DNA of 27,225 bases from a virus (taxonomy: Duplodnaviria > Caudoviricetes), in the IMG/VR virus record IMGVR_UViG_3300027863_001435, positions 1 to 27,225 of that record; one strand, written 5' to 3'. Each line of letters opens with the position of its first letter. Position 1 is the stretch's first letter. Shown here one piece after another: positions 1-8,600 of the stretch. A program made the translations under genes and the position numbers. The notes beneath the pieces were generated by a model, which saw nothing but the letters and a program-made list of their open reading frames with translations, searched no databases and was not told the origin of the DNA.

Positions 1-38
1 TCCCTGACCTGTGGCAACTTCTCTGTCTGGCTGCTCAT
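1..38 (-). CDS. 5' end of a gene running off the window (MSSQTEKLPQVR...)
   Basis: Minus strand reads GAAAGGAGG-ttggtattaa-ATG (ATG at 38-36) and is open to the window edge; only 12 codons visible. Confidence 0.5.
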   Translation of the reverse strand, partial: MSSQTEKLPQVR

Positions 39-219
39 TTAATACCAACCTCCTTTCTACTCTGACGCCTGACCTGCGTAGCCACGCTCTCAGTGAGAGC
101 GGCGTGTCGCCTGTCTGCCGCGCTATCTCCGCCAGCGCGGCTTCAATCGAGAAACCCTGTCGCAATTTCTCGTTCACATAGTGAACGATCTTGCGCAAGG
201 TTACCGCGTCTCTGCGCAT
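1..219 (-). CDS. Small helix-turn-helix DNA-binding protein, partial (not in the ORF track)
   Basis: Strong SD GGAGGTGA, then taacc-ATG (219-217). Manual translation MRRDAVTLRKIVHYVNEKLRQGFSIEAALAEIARQTGDTPLSLRAWLRRSGVRVERRLVLNEQPDREVATGQG has no stop before the edge; 'IEAALAEIARQTGDTPLSLRAWLRR' has an HTH-like pattern. Confidence 0.7.
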   Translation of the reverse strand, partial: MRRDAVTLRKIVHYVNEKLRQGFSIEAALAEIARQTGDTPLSLRAWLRRSGVRVERRLVLNEQPDREVATGQG

Positions 220-231
220 GGTTATCACCTC

Positions 232-250
232 CGTGGTAAATATTACCACG
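232..250. promoter_or_regulatory. Palindromic operator candidate overlapping the -10 box
   Basis: CGTGGTAA-ata-TTACCACG: perfect 8-bp inverted repeat with a 3-nt spacer. Confidence 0.6.
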
Positions 251-268
251 TGTAGCAATAATTGTCAA
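240..268 (-). promoter_or_regulatory. Sigma70/SigA-type promoter driving the leftward HTH gene
   Basis: Minus strand TTGACA (268-263), 17-nt spacer ending TGG, TAATAT (245-240); AT-rich UP-like sequence upstream (270-300). Confidence 0.75.
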
Positions 269-294
269 CACAATTGTTTGTATTTTTGCAAAAA

Positions 295-555
295 TTATGG
301 GGATTTTTTTCGCCGTTCTTCCACAGCCTCTCGCACTGCCCAAGTGGATGCGCCTGAGACAAACATCCTGCCTTCGACCAGTTCGACGAGAGCATTCTCC
401 AGAAGTTCAACACGAGTCTCTAGCCGACGTAGAGTTTCTTCCAGTTGCCCGGTCGCCAGTTCCCGACGTCCTTTATGGCTTCCTCGATGGTGGCGTAACC
501 TAGGGGTGCAAGTACATGTTGGATATGCCATGGTTCGCTCCTTATCGGCGTCCAC
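295..555 (-). CDS. Possible small coiled-coil protein overlapping the endolysin 3' end; true start uncertain, probably near 460
   Basis: C-terminal half LEETLRRLETRVELLENALVELVEGRMFV looks protein-like and fills the 295-420 gap; the N-terminal part looks like alternative-frame noise. Confidence 0.4.
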   Translation of the reverse strand: MDADKERTMAYPTCTCTPRLRHHRGSHKGRRELATGQLEETLRRLETRVELLENALVELVEGRMFVSGASTWAVREAVEERRKKSP

Positions 556-857
556 CCCTCTTGCCTGCAGATGTCATAGAACGTCTCGAGCGGTATACCG
601 AGACGGTACGTAGAGAAGTCAAATGCAAGTCCCGCCTCGTGGTAGCTGCTACCTGGTGTCGCCGCAAGCCTAGGCTTGCGTATCTTAAGTTCCGCTTGGT
701 CTTGCCAGGGGCGAAAGAGGTCGGTAAAGTAGAGCCTACCGCCTCTTGCTCTCGTCCTTGCGATTATACGGCCAAGCGAGCCTGCTACCCGCTCGTGCAC
801 CTTGGAGTGAGCCTCCGATACTCGTCCTGGCACCTTAACGGTTACTAACTTAGCCAT
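420..857 (-). CDS. Endolysin, peptidase M15 (VanY/D-Ala-D-Ala carboxypeptidase-like zinc peptidase)
   Basis: Motifs FRPWQDQ, ATPGSSYHEAGLAFD (SxHxxGxAxD) and EPWH; lies after holin-like genes. Start taken at MAKLV (857) behind AGGAGGGAGG; the ORF track extends to 884. Confidence 0.88.
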   Translation of the reverse strand: MAKLVTVKVPGRVSEAHSKVHERVAGSLGRIIARTRARGGRLYFTDLFRPWQDQAELKIRKPRLAATPGSSYHEAGLAFDFSTYRLGIPLETFYDICRQEGWTPIRSEPWHIQHVLAPLGYATIEEAIKDVGNWRPGNWKKLYVG

Positions 858-867
858 AGCCTCCCTC

Positions 868-1980
868 CTATTCCACGAGGACACACCCTCGTCCAGGCCA
901 AAGGAGCACGCTCCTCACCTTCTCAGCTCTTACTGCGTCCCACATGGGTTTCGGCAGGCTTACCTTGTCCATGTGGGAACGAGCAACAAGGACCATCCCG
1001 CCTTGGAACCGTCGCTGAAGGAGAAGTTCACTCTCCTCATAGTCTTCTATAGGATTGCCAAGGCTTGTTACCATGGTCAGTATATCGTCGGAATACGTGC
1101 GGTCGCACGCGTACTTCCGCCAACCTATTGCTCTTTTCTCCGCTAACTCCCCGGAAGGAAGGTAGAGCAGGACATAAGCAATTGCGGTTGAGATGTAGTC
1201 GGCCCGCAGACGACCAGCCCAACCTGGTACCTTCCATTCTGCTACCCACTCAAAGAGCGGGCTCTCAAGCAGGCTTGAGGCATGGTTGGGGTAGCCGCGT
1301 CGCCCAAAGTCGAAGCCTTGTAGGCAAAAGAGGTGCTCCTGGATTGCACCAGTAAGCAATGCCCTCTGCGATTCACTTGTGGGGTCGCCATCACCATAGA
1401 ATCCTGGATTGTTCCCAATCCGTTCGTAACTAGAGAGCCCGTCGCAAACCGCCTCAAGGAACGGCAGCCATGCGTTTTCCCGCCAATCGTCTTCAGAAGA
1501 ATAATCCCGAAGCGCCTTCCCGCCCGTGTAGTACGAGATATTGTGGGAGAGATAGTCCCAAGTCCAACCTGAGTAGCCATTGGGAAGCCTTGCCAAGGAA
1601 TAAGAGACGTAGGCTTCCGCTACTCCTGATTTCCCAACGTCGATAAAGTCATAGGCCCACGGTCCCTCAGGGTCTGTCCAAGTTACCTTGGTGCCATCGG
1701 CGTACCTTAGCCACCAGTTGTTTGAATCGATGTCCGTCTTCGGGATAGGGTAACTTCGCTCATCGGGGTGGCTCTCATTGTCGCGATTCCATACCGCCAT
1801 CTCGTAGTGACGGTACATCTTGATGTCGGGGTTATAGCCCCGAGCGACATCGATATCAAGGCCAAGTACTGAATCCATTACCTCCGAAGTGGTAAGAAGG
1901 TCATGAGCACACAGATGAGCAAGGTAGTCGTCCTCGTAGTCCTGCCTCATGTGCCAATTATTGTAGTTGTGCCACTTCAT
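868..1980 (-). CDS. Putative TIM-barrel glycoside hydrolase (GHL15/GH168-like)
   Basis: Pattern 'WWLRYADG...DFIDVG...GYSGWTWDYL...IQEHLF...LGNP...QRRFQGGMVLV' resembles the hypothetical glycosyl hydrolase-like 15 family; Trp/Tyr/Asp-rich. Confidence 0.6.
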   Translation of the reverse strand: MKWHNYNNWHMRQDYEDDYLAHLCAHDLLTTSEVMDSVLGLDIDVARGYNPDIKMYRHYEMAVWNRDNESHPDERSYPIPKTDIDSNNWWLRYADGTKVTWTDPEGPWAYDFIDVGKSGVAEAYVSYSLARLPNGYSGWTWDYLSHNISYYTGGKALRDYSSEDDWRENAWLPFLEAVCDGLSSYERIGNNPGFYGDGDPTSESQRALLTGAIQEHLFCLQGFDFGRRGYPNHASSLLESPLFEWVAEWKVPGWAGRLRADYISTAIAYVLLYLPSGELAEKRAIGWRKYACDRTYSDDILTMVTSLGNPIEDYEESELLLQRRFQGGMVLVARSHMDKVSLPKPMWDAVRAEKVRSVLLWPGRGCVLVE

Positions 1981-1983
1981 CCG

Positions 1984-2205
1984 TTATAGATGCTCCAGTG
2001 TCGTCTTCATCCAGGCGTAGACGCCGTCAACTGCGGTATCCGCCTGCGTCTGGTGTAGTCCCAGCTGAATAAGGAGAGTCCTTAAGTCTGACCACCTCCG
2101 TGAAGTAATAGTGACCGTATAAGGGATCCTGAAGAAGCCCAACTTAAGCCTCTTATTCACGACAAGGTCAGGCCAGGTCTTAAGCGTCGGCTCCGTCGTT
2201 GCCAT
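1984..2205 (-). CDS. Hypothetical protein (lysis region)
   Basis: 73 aa, SD GGAGGTGA upstream, tightly packed with neighbours. Confidence 0.7.
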   Translation of the reverse strand: MATTEPTLKTWPDLVVNKRLKLGFFRIPYTVTITSRRWSDLRTLLIQLGLHQTQADTAVDGVYAWMKTTLEHL

Positions 2206-2392
2206 CTATTTCACCTCCCCAAGTTACTTCCAGGTACTTCCAGAAAGCCTTCAGTCCTGCCGCTATCACTGGTGCGGCAAGCGCCCTCCAAGTAAGCGGT
2301 GCCCCGCTCTCAAGAAGTACTACTATCTGCCCCAGTGCGGCAACAATGAATGCTTTAAGACCACTTGTTAATCCTGCTTTCAGGGATTCCAT
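2180..2392 (-). CDS. Putative holin (two hydrophobic segments)
   Basis: GLKAFIVAALGQIVVLL and ALAAPVIAAGLKAFW; 70 aa; in the lysis cassette. Confidence 0.65.
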   Translation of the reverse strand: MESLKAGLTSGLKAFIVAALGQIVVLLESGAPLTWRALAAPVIAAGLKAFWKYLEVTWGGEIDGNDGADA

Positions 2393-2393
2393 A

Positions 2394-2624
2394 TCACCAC
2401 CCCCTTTCTATTATTTTCGCAAGAATGCCAATTATTGCGGCAATAATTAGGCTGGCGATACCCCAAATTGTTGCCCTAAACCGCTCAAGTTCTTTTACTC
2501 TCTCTTCAAGGGCAGGAAGGATACGGCAAGCGTCAAGTACCATGTCAATCTTCTCCTCAAGCGCCACTTGCCGTGTCTCTAGTCGGGTAAGTAATAATCT
2601 GATGTCGCTCATCTCATCACTCAC
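2394..2624 (-). CDS. Coiled-coil plus C-terminal TM protein (XhlA/BhlA-like holin-associated)
   Basis: Heptad coiled coil followed by TIWGIASLIIAAIIGILAKII; typical position before the holin. Confidence 0.7.
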   Translation of the reverse strand: MSDEMSDIRLLLTRLETRQVALEEKIDMVLDACRILPALEERVKELERFRATIWGIASLIIAAIIGILAKIIERGW

Positions 2625-5600
2625 TTTGCGTCACCCCCAAAGGACGTAGTGCGGGGATAAGGGGTCCACGATATCCCGTTTCCTCGAGCACCTGCCGAGC
2701 CCGCTCCTGTCCCATCTCGAGAAGTTCCTTATAAATTGCTCTTCCTATCTTTTGTCTGTCCCCTGTATTCCAAATGTCGGGTGGTATCTCGATACCACGT
2801 CTCGTTGCCACCCACTGCATACGCTCAAGAGCATCGGCAACAGGTACACCTTTTAGAGATGCCGCCTCCGCAACGATGCCCATATCGTTGTCTATGTTGC
2901 GAATGAAGGCGATTGCTCCTTCAACCTTGCTTAGGCTACTTGATATCGGGTAGATGCCAAGGGTAGCGGTTTCAGCGTCTACTCCTTGCCTCATAAGCGC
3001 AATTGCTTCCTGCTTTGCCTTCTTTAGTTCCCTCTCGTAGTAGTCTCGAGCAGTGTAGAGTTGAGACCAGGTTACTGGCGGTTTAGTAGTGGTCAGGAAG
3101 AACCTCGAAAGAACAGGCAAATCCTCGAGCCCCACGCCTGGCGCTGGATACGAAGCCTTCGTACCCCTCTCTTGTTCGCCGAAGAAGAGGGAAGCGGTCT
3201 GCAGGGCATATCGCCCAATTTCGCCACCATACCCCCTTACAATGGTCTCTACGTATGCGGGTGCTACACCAATCTTACGACCGAGGACTATGGACGCAGG
3301 TGAAGTTGCGCCCGTCAGTTGCCAGTAGGGCTCCTCATATTGCAGCGAGCGCGGAATAATCACTGACCCCCAAACTGTCCTGTTAGTTAGTATCTCAAGA
3401 ATGGGGAGCACACCAGTAAATACGGGGTCAGGGATTATCATCTTAATCGAGCGCCTCACCTTGTCCCATTTATCAGGTGCTTGAGAAAGTGCACTTGTTA
3501 TCGCCGCATGCGCAAGGTAGGCAAATGTAGACGGCGCAGGAAGCCTAAGTACATTGTCCGTACCAGGCACCTTGACATGCAGGTAGGCAGTCTTCTCCTC
3601 CTCGCTTAGCCCGTCGTACCACGCCTCATCGGAGTAGCGCAGGTACTCAATCAGTTTTGCTGTGGCAAAAAGGGAGAGGACAGCAAGCGCCGCTTTCGGG
3701 TTCTCCTTTAGAATCTGCGCACAGCGTGCTATCTCACGAACGTTAGCGTTGAAGAACGCAACGAGCGCATTGATGTTCTTGGTAACTGTCCCGCCATGAC
3801 CGAAGTGGATCGTTGCCTCTTGTCCTGCTATTACATGGGGGTACATATTTGGCATTGTCCCCTCTTTTATCTCTTTCTCTTCAGCGGCAAGCAGGCCAAG
3901 CCGACTTTGCAGTTCGTAGAGCCTGCGCTGCAGCTGGAGGACACGTGGCGTCCCCTTTGCCTTCTCAATCTCCGCTTTAACCCGCTCTATCGCCTCCTCA
4001 ATCGCTCTTCTATTCGCAGATAGCCTACGTGGCCACTCTTCGTAACTTTCGGTTACTGCGGCCACACGAGGTATCGCCTCCAGTGCAGACGAGAATCTAA
4101 GGAGCGAATATGTCGGATGCAATGCCCAATCCCTTAGTCGCCACCAGGCACTACTTCGCATTATCATCGCAGGGTCGAGATGCCGCCCACGCAGAACTTC
4201 TATTCCTGCAAGTTGCCTGGACATGCCGCCAAGGCCAAGGTAAGAGAGTATCGCTCGCATCTCCGCTTGATTTAGGAATCCATCGTATCTCCGAAAGACG
4301 TTCCGCACCGCCTCTCTGAGTTCTGCCTCTGTCTTTGCTCCGTGTAGAGACCGCTTCGCATCCAAGAGGAATCTCGAGAACATGGCCACTGCCTTTGCTC
4401 CCCTTGGATAACGCTTGACACCGCTTAGGCCTTTGCCCATGGCTAGCATGGTCAGGTCCCTCATTAGATTGAATATCATGTAGCCTGGACCCGCAAGGAT
4501 CATCCGCCTCACAAACTGGGCAAGGTTTGAGAGGATAAAGACATGCCAACCTTCCATATCTGCGGTCTTGAAGAAGGTCTGGAACGCCTGAATAAGCGAA
4601 GGTTCAATATGATAGGCGACAGGTCTACCATCCTGCCATACGTAAAGTACACCTTCTGGTGTAAGGTCTGCAAAGAGCCTCTGCGCCAGTGGCGGCACTG
4701 CTACCTCGGCACCCAACTCCATCTTCTTCATGAGGTATGGAGCATCGCCTTGTTCCGCCGCCTCTTCTACGCATCTTGCTACTTCCGCAAACAAGTTGTT
4801 CCGTGAGACCGCACGGAAGGTAAGCGCTGTCATCTCTACTAGCGATTCGAAGGGGTCAAGGAAGAATCGCTGGGTCCCTAACCTGCGCTCTATATGCGGT
4901 ATCGTCGCCAACCTCACAGGTCCCTTCGGAATGCGATTCTGCTGTGCCCTCTCTACGATTAGTCGGAAGTAAAGTGGCCAGGCAGCGGCCATGGTCTGCG
5001 CCTCACCCTCGGTCACAAATCCTGAGTCACGCATCATCCGAAGAAGAGCATCGACGTATTTCTTGTACTCCTCGATTACTACTCTGAACCTCTGCATCTT
5101 CTCCGCATCTTCAGCGTAATGCTTAGCAGTGGCCACTACAGGTATCACGCCATCTGCCTGCGGTTCTAGGGCAACCTCAATGGCTCGCCTCATTTCTGCA
5201 ACCAATTGTGCATCGTCCTTGGTTAGACGGCCAAGAACGGAATACACGGTCGCATGTAACTTGTCCTTTGCCATCTGCAGCGCTTCCGCAACCTCTTTAT
5301 GTTGCGCATACGCCGACTGTTCTATGGCCGCAATCAGTTCCTCAAGCGAACCATAAGGCTGCTCAAGGTGGCGGTTTATCATCTCAAGCGTTGCCTCAGC
5401 GGTCATAAGCGATACGCACTGCGCATACTCGTCAAGGTCGTGAAGCATGGACACCATCATCTCTACAGGCAACGCTTGCACAACGCCATGTTTGTCAACA
5501 ATCCCGACGGTAGCGGCGGCATCCACCCAAGATGTCCATCCTAGAGACCATTCAATCGCCTCCCTCAGCGTCCGTGGCTGGAATGGCCCCTGTGGCCTGT

Positions 5601-8600
5601 CGCTAACCCTGCTGTAGACGTCGAGCATCTGCAACGGGTAGGACTCATCTACAAACATGGTCATGAATTTCATCTTTGCGCGGTCAAGGGCACTGAGTTT
5701 CCTGTTGACAAGAAAGCCTGCGAACGGATAAGAGACCGCAAGCATCTTGCGCATCGGGTCGCCTTCCATCATGTCTTCGCACAAGCGCAATACGGCATCA
5801 TAAGCCTTGGGCATACCCGCAAGTCTGAACATCTCCCTCACTGTCTTCTCCGTCTTCGGCATACCAAGAGCAGAGACAAATCCAAGACAGCGCGCCGCAA
5901 ACCATTCCGCAATCGCCTCCGCCTGCTCTCTTATTTCGCTTACCCCCAAAGCCCCGCGCAACTCAAATGGGAAGCCCCGTGAGGCAAGCTCCTCGTATGC
6001 TTCCGCAAGGAACTTCTGCACCGCGGGCGCATCTGCAACTTGCCAGTAGTTCGCTGGGCTGACGCCAGTTAGCGCCACGATCGCCTTGTGGTGAGCCACA
6101 TGAGCAAGTTCATGGATTGCTGTGTAGACATCGTGAGCATGTGTTATCCCAATCATTGTCCCTGCAGAGCCGTAGGGATAGACCGCAGTACCTTCAGCCG
6201 TATAGACGTCGCCAAGCGCCACACGTGTTATGCTTCTTATGTAGTCAATGACTGTCTGAGCAGTTACAGTAGGCCTAGTCCGACGTCCAGCCCTGTAGAT
6301 GCTCGCCTCCACTGCTCCCATATCGGCCGAGTAGTTTTTCGGTGTCCGTGTAAGCTGTGTCGGGCTTACACCCGCAGGCAACCCTGCCTGCTTTATCATC
6401 GATTGCAGAAGAAGTGGACGGCCAAGGTCGTCAGCAAGGGTTCCACCAACTTGGCGTATGGCTTCGATAGGAATGCCCTCCCTTGCCCTTGCCTCTATAA
6501 ACTCATGCCATATACCCAGTCGTTGTGCTTCGTTTGTCGCAGAAAGAAGACTCTCCCGCAACTCCTGCGCCTTCGCAAGGAGGCCAGCCCTTACGTCGTC
6601 TGGCAGATTTTCTAGTCTCCGGCCTTTTAACCTAGATAGCCTGGCAGTCTCGTAGACAAGGCGCCAGAAGTTATAACGATGCCGCTCAGTTAGCGGATCC
6701 TTCGTCGCTTCGTTTGCAAGACCCTGCTTCTCAATTGCGCCACAGACATCAGAGACAAGTTGTCCACGCAAGGTTTGGCGGTTCTCTCTTGACAATATCT
6801 CTAATATCTCACGAATCTCACTAGCGAGTGAAAGAGCGAATGGGTCCGCTCGTTCCTTTGTGTAGTCCCGCAGACGGTCCGCAAATTGCAGAAGGTAAGG
6901 GAGGTTTAGGCCTACTGCCGCTCCCTCTTCTTCGCCTTTCTTTGCCCTCGGCCGGGTTACCATCTCCTCTGGCTCAAGTCCGTAGCCAAAGAGGGTATAC
7001 CAAAATGCTCCGTCCTCCCCTCTCCTTGTGGCATCCGCCCACATCTCCGCCGCTCTCATCACACCAGGATGGCCACCAGCGTTCAGGAACGCACTCCAGA
7101 GTCGCCTTCTGTTTGTCTCGTCAGCAACCGCTTGGATTATCCATTCGGGGTCCGCATGCCAATAGGCGCTTATCGTCCTAGCAATGGGGATAGCGGGATT
7201 ACCCGAAATCGAACCTGGTAGGTAGCGAAGCAAAAGCCCTCTCAGGAACTTTGCACCTTCTTTTGACGTGAGGAAACTCTTGTACTTCGCTCCCCCAAGG
7301 GAATAGGAGAGGACTTGCGCTATACCTTTGCCAATCTCCTCCTCTCCTAGGAATGCCAGGCGTACCATCTCTGCAGGATTAAATCCTGTTCGTACCCAGT
7401 AGCCATGCACATGGGCATAGAACTCCTCGAATTTCTTAAGCTGGGTCCTTGCCTGCCTAACCTGCGAGTTTAGGTTGCGCTTCTCCTGTTTTGTCGCCGC
7501 TTCTTTTGCTTGCCGCTGCAGGTCATCTACAATGCGTTGCAACTCTTGCCTTATGCGTCCGAAGAGCCATAATGCTCTTTCGTTTGCCACTGCTACTTGC
7601 GGATTGCTCACAAAGGCCCTCGATGCACGATCCACGGCGGTAAGGAGCACCTTATTCTCTTCGTTGTCGGGAGCGGAACTTAGCCAATGGACTACCGCTC
7701 GTCCCAGCCTGGCCCAAGAGGAAGGTCGGAAGTCAAACTTGTCCCAGAAGTCTAAATCTGCATATTCGCTAAACTCTTCAATGCCGCTTTCTGCACACCA
7801 CTTCGCAAACCGTTTCCACTTAGACCTCTCTTCTAAAGTGGCGCCAAATAGGCCTGGCGCAGGATCGTTTGCGGGAAGACCACCAGGAGCGCTGTAGAAA
7901 GCCTTAACCAAATGCCCATGCGTAGTATATTGCAACGGTACGGTTATATCCGTACCAAGAGCGTGGTTTATTGCACCAACGAGTGCAGGTGAAGAGCCTG
8001 CTGGTAGCATGGGAGCAAGCGCCTCAACTGCACGGGCAAACTGCGGGTGTATCTTTCGCCCTCTCTCCAATGCACCAAGTAAGGTGTGGAGACGTCGTTT
8101 GAGCCCTCGTACGTATTGAGGGTCGTACTGCGATCCCGCCTGCTCCACTGCCTCAAGCACCTTTGGAACCGCGCTGGTCACCTCTGCGGCCGCTTGCTCA
8201 TCGCCAGTTAGAAGCCAACGGGCAGTGAGTTCGTCCAACCCCCTAGAAAGCCCTGCGGCCTCGAACACCTTCGCATCCCCTGGCGCAAACTGCTCAACGC
8301 CAAAGAGATTCATCATCATACCAACCAGGCTCTCGTATGAGACTTCACGGCGAATATTATATATGCTCCAGGTTTCAGGGGCAGAGGTTGCCCGCACCTT
8401 CTCCGCAATTGCTGAGCCAGTGCTATGCGGTATGCCAAGGATATTGGCGACAGCCTGCCCCGCAGAGCCCTTAGGCGCAAGTATCGCTGCTCTCATCGCA
8501 CTTGCTACCTTCCAGGCTCCAGGGAACGTATCAACGTTTATCTTTGAGAGGCGGGCAATCTCATCAATCTCCTGTGGGCCAAGCCCAAAGGTTGCAAGCG

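Noticed and set aside
143-343. 66-aa minus-strand ORF and the overlapping 140-aa plus-strand ORF (191-613)
   Set aside because: They run across the promoter and operator; the frame starting at 219 has a far better SD and an HTH-like product.
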